Source: Vicinamibacteraceae bacterium
GTDB taxonomy: Bacteria; Acidobacteriota; Vicinamibacteria; Vicinamibacterales; JAFNAJ01
NCBI GenBank assembly: GCA_039812685.1
Contig: JBDIBB010000002.1
Location: 17,291-81,290 of the forward strand
Direction: 5' to 3'
Length of the DNA: 64,000 nt
The position numbers and the translations under genes were made by a program. Shown here in pieces: positions 26,645 to 37,480 of this stretch. A model generated the notes under the pieces. The model ran no database searches, was not told the origin of the DNA, and saw only the letters and a list, made by a program, of their open reading frames with translations. The first letter of the stretch is position 1. Each line of letters begins with the position of its first letter.

Positions 26645-29443
26645 TCAGGATCCCTGCGCGCCCTGCAGCGTCCGCGCCGTTCCGGCCAGCGACAGGTGCG
26701 CCCGCACCACCTCCTCGCCGGCATCGAAGGCACAGCGGAACCCCACCTTCTCCGACACGCGCTGCATGTCGCGGTTCTCGGGCAGGATGTCGGCGACGAT
26801 CGCATCGAGCCCTTCGTCGCGCCCGACCTCCACCACGCGGCGCAGCAGCTCGGTTCCAAGGCCCGAGCCCTGCCAGTCGTCACTGATCGTCACGGCGAAC
26901 TCGCCGACGTTCGTGCCGCGCTGCTTGGTGAGCCGGCCCACGCCCACGATGAACGGCTGTCCCGCGGGGTCACGCCCCTCGGCCACCAGCGCCATGTCGC
27001 GGTCGTAGTCGATGAAGCAGATCCGCGTGAGCCGCTCGTGGGCGATGCGCTGCCCGAGCTTCATGATGTGGAAATAGCGGAAGTAGACCGACCGTTCCGA
27101 GAGCGTCTCGTGGAACCGGGCGATGAGCGGTTCGTCCTCGGGGCGAATCGGGCGGATGAGGAGACGCTGGCCCCGCCTGGTGGTGAACTCGCCGATGTAC
27201 TGCGCGGGATACGGCCGGATCGCCGGCCGCGGCAGCTCGCCCTCGCGCACCTCGGGCCCGTGGACGACGATGCGCGCGTCGAGCGCCAGCAGCCCGTCGG
27301 ATGAGGCGACGAGCGGGTTGACGTCGATCTCGCGGATCCATGGCTGCTCGACCACGAGGTGGCTGAAGCGCACGAGCAGCTGATCGAGTGCGTCGAGATC
27401 GACCGAGGGCTCGCCGGCCCCGCCCTTCAGCGCGTCGAGCACGCGTGTGTGCTCCATCAGCCGGCGCGCCAGCGTGGTGTTGAGCGGCGGCAGGCCCAGC
27501 GCGCGATCGCGCGAGGCCTCCACGTACTTGCCGCCCTGTCCGAAGAGCAGCACAGGCCCGAACTGCGGGTCCGGCGACGCGCCGAGAATCAGCTCGTGGC
27601 CGTCGAGCTTCACCATCGGCTGAACGGTGACGCCCTGGAAGTGCCCCTCTCCCGCGTGCTCGGCCACGGCCCGCGCGATGCCGTCGAAGCCGGTCCGCAC
27701 GGCGGCTTCGTCGCCGAGACCAAGCCGCACGCCGCCGGCGCGGCGCTTGTGCGCGATCGTCGGCGAGTGCACCTTGAGCACGACCGGGAAGCCCAGACCG
27801 ATGGCGTGTGACACCGCCTCGTCTGCGGTGCGCGCCACCAGCGTCTCGACGACGGGGATCCCGTAGGCGGCCAGCACGGCCTTGGACTCGGCCTCGGTGA
27901 GTTGCGTGCGGCCCGAGGCGCGTGCGCCGAGCAGCACGGCTTCCGCCCGGCCCTTCGCGCGGGCGTGCGCGCCGTCCTGCCCGCCCGGCAGCACCGGTGT
28001 CTCGTAGAGCGCGCGCAGACTGCGGCTGTGCCGCCACATGTAGGCGAACATGCGGGCCGCGGTGTCGGGATACGGAAAGGTCGGCACGCCGTGACGGTTG
28101 AGGATCCCGACGCCATCGGCCACGCCGGGTCCGCCCATCCAGCTTGCGAGCACCGGCTTGCCGGGGACCGTCGCCAGCGCCCCGATCCGCCCGGCGGTCG
28201 CGGTCGGGTCGGTGGCGGCCTGCGGCGCGAGGATCACGAGCAGGCCATCGCTGCCGGGGTCCTTCGCGGCCGCCTCCAGCACGCGCGCGTAGCGCTCGGG
28301 GGTGGCCTCGCCGAGCACGTCGATCGGGTTGCCGCGGCTCCAGGTCGCGGGCAGCAGCGTGTCGAGCGCGGCCACCGTCGCCTCGCCGAGTTCGGCGAGT
28401 TGCCCGCCGCTGCCGACCAGGGCGTCCACGGCCAGCACGCCGGGGCCGCCCGCGTTGGTGACGACCGTGAGGCGGGGCCCGCGCGGTCGGGGCTGCTTCG
28501 AGAGCACCTCGGCCATGTAGAACAACTCGGCAACCGAGTCGACGCGCAGCACTCCCGATCGGCGCAGCGCGGCGTCCAGCACGTCGTCGCTGCCGGTGAG
28601 CGCGCCGGTGTGGCTGGCCGCGGCCCGGGCGGCCGCGGCGGTGCGTCCCGCCTTCATCACGATGATCGGCTTGGTGAGCGCCACCTCACGCGCGGCCGAC
28701 AGGAAGTAGCGCGCGTCGCCGATCGACTCCATGTAGATGACGATGCTGCGCGTGCGCGCGTCGTGGCCGAAGTAGTCGATCAGGTCGCCCCAGCCGACGT
28801 CGGCCATCGAGCCCACCGACACGAAGTGGCTGAAGCCCACGTTCTCGCTGAAGCTCCAGTCGAGCACCGCGGCGCACAGCGCGCCGCTCTGGCTGATGAA
28901 CGCGACGCTGCCGGGCCGCGCCATGCCCGCCGCGAAGCTGGCGTTGAGCCCGGTCACCGTCGACATCACGCCGAGGCAGTTCGGGCCGACCACGCGCATG
29001 CGATGGGCACGCGCGCGGGCGGTCAACTCCCGCTCGAGCGCCAGACCTCCTTCGCCCGCCTCGCGAAACCCCGCCGACACCACGATCGCGGCCGATACGC
29101 CGATGGCCCCGCATCCGGAGACCACGTCGGGCACGGCCTGCGCCGGCGTCACCACCACCGCGAGGTCGGGCACCTCCGGCAGGTCGGTGACCGACGCGTA
29201 CGCGCGGATGCCGAGCACGTGGCTCCGCTTCGGGTTCACCGGGAACACCGTGCCGCCGAACGGGCTGCCGATCAGGTTCCAGAGGATCGCGCGACCCACG
29301 CTGCCGGCCGCTTCGCTCGCGCCGATGACGGCCACACCCCTGGGGCGGAAGATGGCGTCCAGCGGCAGGCGCGGATGTCCGGTCGCGCGTGGCTTCAGCG
29401 GCTTGCCGGTGTCGCCCTGCGCAGGCGGAAGCACGGAGCTCAT
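26645..29443 (-). CDS. bifunctional ADP-forming acetyl-CoA synthetase-like / GNAT protein acetyltransferase (Pat/PatZ type)
   Basis: N-terminal CoA-binding [20 protein letters not shown], succinyl-CoA-synthetase-like and ATP-grasp regions, and a C-terminal GNAT ([19 protein letters not shown]). I place the start at MSSVLPP (29443); the track ORF extends to 30055 over the DinB gene. Confidence 0.9.
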   Translation of the reverse strand: MSSVLPPAQGDTGKPLKPRATGHPRLPLDAIFRPRGVAVIGASEAAGSVGRAILWNLIGSPFGGTVFPVNPKRSHVLGIRAYASVTDLPEVPDLAVVVTPAQAVPDVVSGCGAIGVSAAIVVSAGFREAGEGGLALERELTARARAHRMRVVGPNCLGVMSTVTGLNASFAAGMARPGSVAFISQSGALCAAVLDWSFSENVGFSHFVSVGSMADVGWGDLIDYFGHDARTRSIVIYMESIGDARYFLSAAREVALTKPIIVMKAGRTAAAARAAASHTGALTGSDDVLDAALRRSGVLRVDSVAELFYMAEVLSKQPRPRGPRLTVVTNAGGPGVLAVDALVGSGGQLAELGEATVAALDTLLPATWSRGNPIDVLGEATPERYARVLEAAAKDPGSDGLLVILAPQAATDPTATAGRIGALATVPGKPVLASWMGGPGVADGVGILNRHGVPTFPYPDTAARMFAYMWRHSRSLRALYETPVLPGGQDGAHARAKGRAEAVLLGARASGRTQLTEAESKAVLAAYGIPVVETLVARTADEAVSHAIGLGFPVVLKVHSPTIAHKRRAGGVRLGLGDEAAVRTGFDGIARAVAEHAGEGHFQGVTVQPMVKLDGHELILGASPDPQFGPVLLFGQGGKYVEASRDRALGLPPLNTTLARRLMEHTRVLDALKGGAGEPSVDLDALDQLLVRFSHLVVEQPWIREIDVNPLVASSDGLLALDARIVVHGPEVREGELPRPAIRPYPAQYIGEFTTRRGQRLLIRPIRPEDEPLIARFHETLSERSVYFRYFHIMKLGQRIAHERLTRICFIDYDRDMALVAEGRDPAGQPFIVGVGRLTKQRGTNVGEFAVTISDDWQGSGLGTELLRRVVEVGRDEGLDAIVADILPENRDMQRVSEKVGFRCAFDAGEEVVRAHLSLAGTARTLQGAQGS

Positions 29444-29645
29444 GATGGCGTCGCCTCCGGGGGCTCGCGCGGCCGCACGGCGCCTGGCGGCGCCGCCGGG
29501 GCCGGCGATGCTCACAGCATACCGCCGCGCGCCGGCGCCCCGGCCTTCGCCACCGCGCGCCGCGCAGTATACTTGCGGCGCACCTGCTGACAGCTTCCGC
29601 CTGCGGAGACCCGCTGCCCCGCCGGGGCGGCCAGGAGGGCCGGAG

Positions 29646-30146
29646 ATGGCCATCAAGGACGCGCTGCTGCCGGAGTTCGATCGCGAGATGGCGGTCACAC
29701 GGACACTGCTGGCCCGCACGCCCCTGGAAGAGGCCGACTGGCGGCCGCATCCGCGGTCGATGTCGCTCGGGTCGCTGGCCGGCCACCTCGTCGACATCCC
29801 GGGCTGGGCGCCGGTGATCCTGCAGCAGGATCGCTTCGTCATGAACGAGGACGGTGACGGGGCCGCATCGAAGTACACGAGCACGGACGCGATGCTGGCG
29901 GATTTCGATCGCAACGTCGCGAGGGCGCGCGAGCTGATCGATGCCGCCGGCGACGCCCACCTCGTGCAGCCGTGGACGCTCGAGCAGGACGGCGAGACGC
30001 TGCTGACCATGCCGCGCCTCGCCGTGGTGCGCGCGTTCCTCTTCAGCCATGCCATCCACCACCGCGGCCAGCTCTCGGTCTACCTGCGGCTGCGCGAGGT
30101 GAGAATCCCGTCGATCTACGGGCCGAGCGCAGACGATCCCCTCTGA
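29646..30146 (+). CDS. DinB family protein
   Basis: 166 aa with the C-terminal [14 protein letters not shown] motif typical of the DinB/DinB_2 four-helix bundle. AGGAGGG Shine-Dalgarno upstream. Confidence 0.8.
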   Translation: MAIKDALLPEFDREMAVTRTLLARTPLEEADWRPHPRSMSLGSLAGHLVDIPGWAPVILQQDRFVMNEDGDGAASKYTSTDAMLADFDRNVARARELIDAAGDAHLVQPWTLEQDGETLLTMPRLAVVRAFLFSHAIHHRGQLSVYLRLREVRIPSIYGPSADDPL

Positions 30147-30173
30147 GGCCGGTGTCCCGCCACAGCCCCGCGA

Positions 30174-30776
30174 GTGTCCCGCGTGACCTTCGTCATCAAA
30201 CAGTACGCCCTGGAGCAGGGCGCTCTCGAAATCGCCTACATCGAGGAGTTCGTGCCCGAGTTCCCGCGCCGCAAGACCGCGCAGGAAATCGTCTCGCGGC
30301 TCTCGGGTCGGCAACACCTGATCCTCATGGCCGAGGCGGCGCTGCCCCACGATTCCGCGCAGGTGGTGCCGGTGGCTTACAAGGTGAGCCATCACCTGCG
30401 CGCCGACGAGGACGATCCGACGCTGGCCGATCTGGCCGCGAGGCTGGCAGGCCACGTGAACCTGCGCGGCCGCAGGGTGCTCTACAGCTGGATCGGCGGC
30501 ACACGGAGCGACTGGCGCGGCCGGGGGTTCTTCCGCGCGCTGAGCGAGGAACAGGAGACGTGGGCCCTGGCCGCGGGCTTCGACGAGATCGTCGTCAAGA
30601 CGAAGAACCGCTACTACGACATGCGCAGCACGCTCGACGCGCTGCGCTACGACGTCGTCAAGTTCGAGCCGTGTCCGGCCGATATGGCGGAAGCGAAGGT
30701 CTACCTGCGCAAGCGGCTCGGCACCGACGTCGTCGACGCGCACCGGAGCGCACGCACGGTGATTCAGGTGGGATGA
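30174..30776 (+). CDS. GNAT family N-acetyltransferase
   Basis: WIGGTRSDWRGRGFFRAL resembles the acetyl-CoA-binding Q/RxxGxG/A motif. 200 aa. The stop overlaps the next start (ATGA). Confidence 0.6.
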   Translation: MSRVTFVIKQYALEQGALEIAYIEEFVPEFPRRKTAQEIVSRLSGRQHLILMAEAALPHDSAQVVPVAYKVSHHLRADEDDPTLADLAARLAGHVNLRGRRVLYSWIGGTRSDWRGRGFFRALSEEQETWALAAGFDEIVVKTKNRYYDMRSTLDALRYDVVKFEPCPADMAEAKVYLRKRLGTDVVDAHRSARTVIQVG

Positions 30777-31159
30777 GCACGGCGCCGGGCGGCCGGAAGG
30801 ACCCTGACGTGGCGACGTTGGACTGGGGGCGCGAGCGGCGTCGCTTTGCGCGCGTGGATCTGCTGGCCGATCTGCAGGGCCACGTCGTCACCCTCGATGA
30901 CGCGGTCGTGGTGCGCCAGATCTCGGACGGCGGCGCGACCATCGAGACCACCGCGCCGCTCTCGCCGCACGTCGACCACGACTTCCGGCTCGGCGTCGAC
31001 GGCCGTTCGGCCATCGTGCACGCCCGCGTGCGCCACAGCCGTGTGCGGATCGCCGGCGACACGGTCGCCTACGTCGCGGGCATCGAGTTCCTCGATCCGG
31101 ACGAAGAAGCGCGGGCAATCATCGGCGCAATCCTCCAGCGGGCGGCCGCCGGCCGGTGA
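30773..31159 (+). CDS. PilZ domain protein
   Basis: RERRRFAR (RxxxR) followed by RQISDGGATIET (xxSxxG), 128 aa. This is the real part of track ORF 29972..31159. Confidence 0.7.
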   Translation: MSTAPGGRKDPDVATLDWGRERRRFARVDLLADLQGHVVTLDDAVVVRQISDGGATIETTAPLSPHVDHDFRLGVDGRSAIVHARVRHSRVRIAGDTVAYVAGIEFLDPDEEARAIIGAILQRAAAGR

Positions 31160-31210
31160 CGCGCGGGTGATACCATTTCAGGCGGTCCGGCCGGGCCGGG
31201 CCGCTCCACC

Positions 31211-32452
<1,242 letters not shown>

Positions 32453-32454
32453 CC

Positions 32455-32808
32455 ATGGGCGCCGAACGCCGCGGTTCGCCGCGCATCGAGATCGTCAGGC
32501 ACGTCGCCGGACGCGCCGTCCCGGTCAACGGCTACGTCCGCGTCACCGAGATGAGCCTGGGCGGCATGCTGATTGAGACCGACGCGGAACTCTCGCCGCG
32601 CGGCCTCCACGAGTTCCGCCTGAAGCTCGTCGACGGGAAGGAAACCCTCGTGCGCGGGCAGATCGTGCACGGCCGGTTCGACACCCGGTACGGCGGCGTG
32701 AAGTACACCCTCGGCGTGCAGTTCGCGTTCGTCCCGGTCGAGTCGGCCGAGGTCATCCGACGCTTCATCCTCGAAGCGAAGGCGGCGCCGCTCTCGCCGG
32801 CGACCTGA
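32455..32808 (+). CDS. PilZ domain protein
   Basis: ERRGSPR (RxxxR) followed by TEMSLGGMLIET (xxSxxG), 117 aa. It starts 2 nt after the ispG stop. Confidence 0.7.
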   Translation: MGAERRGSPRIEIVRHVAGRAVPVNGYVRVTEMSLGGMLIETDAELSPRGLHEFRLKLVDGKETLVRGQIVHGRFDTRYGGVKYTLGVQFAFVPVESAEVIRRFILEAKAAPLSPAT

Positions 32809-32823
32809 CCGCGCCGGCGTCAC

Positions 32824-35214
32824 TCAGGGGTGCATCGCCGCGGCCACCGGCGCGGGAGCCACCGCCGCGGGCATCGTGTTGGCATCGGCGGGAGGACCGG
32901 TGAGCGGCGTGGCCAGCGCATCGGTGCCGGCGGCCCACCACTGCCCGAGCGCGTCCCAGTAGGTGGCGCATTCCACGACGAGTTGCGGCGGCGTGTCGCC
33001 GAGCCCTTCCACGAGCGCGCCGAACCGCCGCTCGCGCGCTATCTGAAAGTCCATGCCGACGGCGACGCTCAGACGGCTGTGTCCGGGCACCCGGAAGATC
33101 TTCGGCGCGGTGGTGCCATCCTCGAACAGCAGCGTGACGCGCACGTCGGCGTCGGTGGCCGACGTGTTGGCCAGCAGCACGTAGGTCGCGGTCTGCCGCG
33201 GGCCGCCTTCCTCACCCTGGGCGACGGCCCAGCGCGAGGCGGTCGCGGTGGCGCCCGGCGCGTTGTGCGCCTCGGTCCAGCCACCGACGCCCGGCCACCA
33301 CATCGATCGCTCCACGATGACCGGCACGCCGTTGGTCACCCTGATCGTCGTCGAGACGGCGGTGTCGGCGAGCTGCGGATCCTCGTAGTTGACCCAGATG
33401 TTGCGCCGGCTGTTCGGACCGACCTCGTACGCCTTCTCGATCGTCCGGCCGTCGGGGAGGAGGTAGGTGGCCGTGATCCCGGCGGCCTGGTCTCCGGGGT
33501 TCGCAATCAGCACGAACAGGTCGAAGAAGCGGCCGGTCGCGCCCTCGGCGAGGAACCACTCCAGGCTGGGCTCCAGCACGCCGGCGCTGTTGTGGCCCGC
33601 GCCAAACGGCTGATCCGGCACGTAGAGATACATCGATCGCTCGGCGATGATCGGCACACCGTTGGTGGACGTGATCACCGCCGAGACGTCGGTGAGCGCC
33701 AGCGCCTCGTCCTCGAGATCCACCCAGATGGTGTAACGGCTCCTGGCAGGGACCTTGTACGACTTGACGATCGGCGCGCCCTCTGGCAGCAGGTAGCGAA
33801 TCTCGATGGTGGCCGCCGCGTCCTCCGGGTTCTGGAGGAGGTAGAAGAGATCGAAGCCGCTGTGGGTGGCGCCCTCCGCGAAGTACCAGCGCGTGGCCGC
33901 GTGCTCGATCGCGGTCTCGGCATGACCGCCGTAGCCCGTCTCGTCCCACCACATCCGGCGGTCGACGACCACAAGGGCGTCGGCTTCGACGGTGGTCGAG
34001 AACGTCAGGTCCGCGAGGGCGGGCAGGTCGCGCGCGTTCACGGTTGCGCGTGCCCAGGAGGCCAGCGTGAGCGGCAGCGTCGCCCGCGTCGCGTCGCTGG
34101 TGAAGAACGTCAGGACCACCGTCACCGGATTGGGCGAAGGATTGACGAGCGAGAATTCGGTCGTGAAGAACGGGGAGTTCACGCCTTCGGCGAAGTAGCG
34201 GCGGAACGTTCCGCGCGGATGCGTGCCCTGCCGGAACTCGTCGACGTTGCTGATGAGGTCGCCGTCGGGATCCCCGAGCGCGCCGTCCTCTCCGGCGGCG
34301 CTGTTGGGATCCAGACCATAGCGGTGCTCCCACCAGTCGGGCAACCCGTCGCCGTCGGTATCGGCGCCCGCGTCGTCGTCCACGTAGGTGAACGCCTGGG
34401 CGCTGCCCGTCTCACCCGACGGGTTGCGCACGGCCACCGCGACGGGCCCGCGCGCGTGCGGCGGCGTCACCGCCGTGATCGTGCGCGCGTCGACGACGAC
34501 CACGTCGGCGGCCGCCGCGCCCCCGAAGGTCACCGTCGCGCCAGCCCTGAACTCGTCGCCGGCGATCGTCACGCGCAGGCCGCCCTCCGTGAGTCCCGAC
34601 TTCGGCGACACCTCACGCACGCGCACTGGCGGCGGCGTGAAGGTGAAACCGCCGGCCAGCGGCGGGCTGGAGAGCCCGTTGGCGGCCGCCACCACCTCGA
34701 CCACCCCTGCCGCGTGCGGGGGCGTGACGGCGGTGGCCGTCGTCGCGTTGAGCACCGTCACACCAACCGCCGGGACACCGCCCAGCGTGAGCGTGAGGCC
34801 CGCGACGAAGCCGGTTCCCTTGACGCTGATGGCCGTCCCGCCGCTGCTCGGACCCGACGATGGTGTGATGCTGGTCACCGTCGGAGCGACGGGCGCTGCG
34901 GCGGGAACCAGCGCCGTCACCTCCTCCGAGTAGGCGCTCGTCAGTCCGCTGGTGTTGTAGGCCTGGACGGCGAAGTAGTAGCGTGTGCCGGAGGCCAGCT
35001 CGTCCACGGGCGCAGCCACCACGTTGCCGACGTCACGCGACTGCGTGTAGAGACCCGGCTGCGTGCCCCAGGACACGATGTAGCCCGCGAGATCGCTTTC
35101 CACGTTGGGATCCCAGGCCACGGTGACACTGCCCGCCTGTGCGGTTCCGGTGAGGAAGAACAGGAGGAGGACAAGACGGCCGAGGCGGGCTCCCGGGCGG
35201 AGCGAGCGGACCAT
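32824..35214 (-). CDS. secreted multidomain protein: signal peptide, FN3, 2x IPT/TIG, TSP3-like Ca-binding linker, 4x unassigned beta-rich repeat
   Basis: Signal peptide MVRSLRPGARLGRLVLLLFFLTGTAQA. FN3-like VTVAWDPN...YYFAVQAYN. Two IPT-like units (ITPSSGPSSGGTAISVKGTGF and VSPKSGLTEGGLRVTIAGDEF). DTDGDGLPDWWE linker, then four repeats beginning xYFAEG/WFLAEG. Confidence 0.8.
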   Translation of the reverse strand: MVRSLRPGARLGRLVLLLFFLTGTAQAGSVTVAWDPNVESDLAGYIVSWGTQPGLYTQSRDVGNVVAAPVDELASGTRYYFAVQAYNTSGLTSAYSEEVTALVPAAAPVAPTVTSITPSSGPSSGGTAISVKGTGFVAGLTLTLGGVPAVGVTVLNATTATAVTPPHAAGVVEVVAAANGLSSPPLAGGFTFTPPPVRVREVSPKSGLTEGGLRVTIAGDEFRAGATVTFGGAAAADVVVVDARTITAVTPPHARGPVAVAVRNPSGETGSAQAFTYVDDDAGADTDGDGLPDWWEHRYGLDPNSAAGEDGALGDPDGDLISNVDEFRQGTHPRGTFRRYFAEGVNSPFFTTEFSLVNPSPNPVTVVLTFFTSDATRATLPLTLASWARATVNARDLPALADLTFSTTVEADALVVVDRRMWWDETGYGGHAETAIEHAATRWYFAEGATHSGFDLFYLLQNPEDAAATIEIRYLLPEGAPIVKSYKVPARSRYTIWVDLEDEALALTDVSAVITSTNGVPIIAERSMYLYVPDQPFGAGHNSAGVLEPSLEWFLAEGATGRFFDLFVLIANPGDQAAGITATYLLPDGRTIEKAYEVGPNSRRNIWVNYEDPQLADTAVSTTIRVTNGVPVIVERSMWWPGVGGWTEAHNAPGATATASRWAVAQGEEGGPRQTATYVLLANTSATDADVRVTLLFEDGTTAPKIFRVPGHSRLSVAVGMDFQIARERRFGALVEGLGDTPPQLVVECATYWDALGQWWAAGTDALATPLTGPPADANTMPAAVAPAPVAAAMHP
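32920..34203 (-). repeat. four tandem protein-level repeats (about 105-110 aa each) inside the secreted protein
   Basis: Repeat starts: RRYFAEGVNSPFFTTEFSLVNP, RWYFAEGATHSGFDLFYLLQNP, WFLAEGATGRFFDLFVLIANP and the degenerate RWAVAQGEEGGPRQTATYVLLANT. Each of the first three ends in xRxMWW or RSMY. Confidence 0.6.
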
Positions 35215-35473
35215 GCCCGACGCCTTGCGCAACCCGCATGCCCCAGGGCGCGTGCCGGAGATCCGCCGATTCCGGCCAGAAACGTGCAATCATCGGCCGG
35301 GGCCCGTGGCGAAGCCTTACGGTTCCGTAAGCGGGATCCCGTTCCTGCGGCTGTCGGGCCGCGGCGACGGGCCCGCCCGGACCGCCGCCGGACCCGGGCG
35401 CCGGCACCCTCGGCCATGAACCCCTGGATGGACGACACCGTCTATGCACGGCGTGAAAGGGAGAGGTCACCGC

Positions 35474-36271
35474 ATGCGATTCGCCCGCCAACACCTGCTC
35501 GGTCTGGCCGCCGCCGTCCTCGTCACCTGGCCGCTGACGGCCTGCGAACTCACCACCGCCTCTTTTCGTGCCGAGGCGCGCGACCAGTGGGACAGGACCT
35601 TCACGCTGGCCGCCAACGGCCAGTTCGAACTGGAGAACACGAACGGGGGCATCGAGGTCGAGCGCACCGACGGCAGCCAGGTGCAGGTGCAGGCGGAGCG
35701 CATCGCCAGGGCCTCGAGCGAGGAGGCCGCACGTGAACTGCTGAAGAAGGTGGACATCGTCGTGGATGCCGGCGAGAACCGCGTCCGGCTCCGCACGAAG
35801 ACGCCCCCTGGCTGGAACCTGGGCGGCGTCGAGGTGAAGTACCTCGTGAAAGTTCCCGCGGGCATCGCGGTGAAGGTCGAGAACACGAACGGGCGTGTCC
35901 GGCTGAACGGCCTCGATGGCCCGGTGGAGGCCACCACGACCAACGGCGGCGTGTCGGGTCAGGGTCTGAGCGGTCGCGTGCGGGCATCGACCACCAACGG
36001 CGGCGTCGATCTCACCGTGACCGCCGTGCACCCCGACGGTGTCGAGTTGTCAACCACCAACGGCGGCGTGTCCCTGACGCTGCCGGCCACGGCCAGGGCC
36101 GACATCTCCGCGAGTTGCACCAACGGCGGCATTTCGACGTCGGGCCTGTCGGTGGAGACCACCGAGTCGTCGCGGCGCCGCCTCGAGGGCCGGCTCAACG
36201 GGGGCGGGCCCAGGGTGCGCCTGGAAACGGTCAACGGCGGCGTTCGCCTGTCGGGCGGCGCGGCCAACTGA
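35474..36271 (+). CDS. DUF4097-family lipoprotein (beta-strand repeat, putative adhesin-like)
   Basis: Lipobox WPLTAC. Repeated TNGG(V/I)x motifs (ENTNGGIEVE, TTTNGGVSG, STTNGGVDL, CTNGGIST, ETVNGGVRL). AGGGAGAGG Shine-Dalgarno before ATG 35474. Confidence 0.75.
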   Translation: MRFARQHLLGLAAAVLVTWPLTACELTTASFRAEARDQWDRTFTLAANGQFELENTNGGIEVERTDGSQVQVQAERIARASSEEAARELLKKVDIVVDAGENRVRLRTKTPPGWNLGGVEVKYLVKVPAGIAVKVENTNGRVRLNGLDGPVEATTTNGGVSGQGLSGRVRASTTNGGVDLTVTAVHPDGVELSTTNGGVSLTLPATARADISASCTNGGISTSGLSVETTESSRRRLEGRLNGGGPRVRLETVNGGVRLSGGAAN

Positions 36272-36301
36272 GCCGGGAGGGACCGCCACCGGCTCTTCGC
36301 G

Positions 36302-37480
36302 CTACTGCCCCGGCTGACGCTCCGGGACCTGCCGTGGCTGCTGGCCGCGCCCTCGAAGGCGCGGCCGCCAGCCCTCATCGAATGCCGTCCCCACCACGAG
36401 GCTCGCCACGCCATCGTAGCTGCGCAGTCCCTCCGCCACGGTGTTGGCTTCGAGAAACCGGCGATAACCCGACCAGGCCACGTGACGGACCATCGGGCGC
36501 ACCTGCTCGAGCCGGCGAGCGATCGCCCGGTAATCCTCACGTGGTCCTTCATCCAGCCCTGCCATCACCGCCTTCGCCGCCGGCAGCGGCAGCATGGCGG
36601 TCAGGTGAGGCAGCAGGTCGAGCCACGCGCTGTAGCGCACCTGGGGCGTGCCCCGCATGCCGGCGAGCCACCCGATGAACCCGGCTTCCGCCTCGTGCGC
36701 CAGCCCGGCCAGGTGTCCCCACTCGTGCAGCAGCATCGCGGGCCGCTCGAAGGGCAGCGCCGAGGGCACGATGATCACGTCGAGCGACCATGGGTTGGTG
36801 AAGCCTGCGATGCCGGCCGCCTCGAACCATGGCCCGAGCCACGTGCGCTTGGGGAGACCGGCGACGAACCCGTCGGGCAGCGCGATTTCCCGAAGCGCCT
36901 CGGCCAGCGCCGGCGCCATCCCGGCGCGAAGGGCTTCACCCTCGGCCCATGGGCGGTCGTGGGTCCCGGCGTACAGGGTGTTGAGTTCGCTGACGGCTGT
37001 CGCGGCCGCACGGCGCACCGCCGCCTCGTCCACGCGCGCGGGATCGTGATCGAGCCGGGTGGCCAGCGGCGCCCGGCGGTAGTTGAGTCCCCACGATGCG
37101 AGGAACCACGTCGTGCCGGCGCCAGCCAGCGCCGCCAGGATGAGCGTCGAACGCAGCGCAATCCGCAGCCTCGCGCCCGTGGCGGCGCGGCGCCACGGCG
37201 CCGCGGCCAGCCAGCCCAGCGTGGCCAGCACCAGGGCCAGCAGCGGATCGGCCATCGCCCAGGGCAGGCGGTTGGTCAGCCCCGTCAGCCGGGGCTGCCA
37301 CCAGGCGTAGAGGCCGAGCGAGTAATGGCGCTCGACGAACGTCCCATCCCAGGGACCGATCCACGCCGCCGCCGCCAGGCCGCCGGCGATCAGGGCGCCG
37401 AGGGCCGGACAGACGAGGCGGTCTCGTCGCCGGTGATCAGCCGGATGCTGCGCTGGTACGTGAAATACGCGAACGTCCAC
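36302..37480 (-). CDS. DUF3810-like membrane protein with HExxH motif
   Basis: N-terminal TM segments and MLLHEWGHLAGLAHEAEAGF. The start is uncertain: GTG 37480 would overlap the NDH-2 3-prime end by 91 nt. Confidence 0.6.
   Translation of the reverse strand: MDVRVFHVPAQHPADHRRRDRLVCPALGALIAGGLAAAAWIGPWDGTFVERHYSLGLYAWWQPRLTGLTNRLPWAMADPLLALVLATLGWLAAAPWRRAATGARLRIALRSTLILAALAGAGTTWFLASWGLNYRRAPLATRLDHDPARVDEAAVRRAAATAVSELNTLYAGTHDRPWAEGEALRAGMAPALAEALREIALPDGFVAGLPKRTWLGPWFEAAGIAGFTNPWSLDVIIVPSALPFERPAMLLHEWGHLAGLAHEAEAGFIGWLAGMRGTPQVRYSAWLDLLPHLTAMLPLPAAKAVMAGLDEGPREDYRAIARRLEQVRPMVRHVAWSGYRRFLEANTVAEGLRSYDGVASLVVGTAFDEGWRPRLRGRGQQPRQVPERQPGQ

Noticed and set aside
29444-30055. 204-aa N-terminal extension of the Pat acetyltransferase ORF
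   Set aside because: The extension overlaps the DinB gene in antisense and is Ser/Arg-rich. The conserved CoA-binding domain begins right after MSSVLPP at 29443.
35316-35331. Small perfect hairpin CTTACGG-TT-CCGTAAG between the divergent secreted-protein and DUF4097 genes
   Set aside because: The loop is too short. The hairpin is isolated, lies between two gene starts (so it is not a terminator), and has no supporting context.
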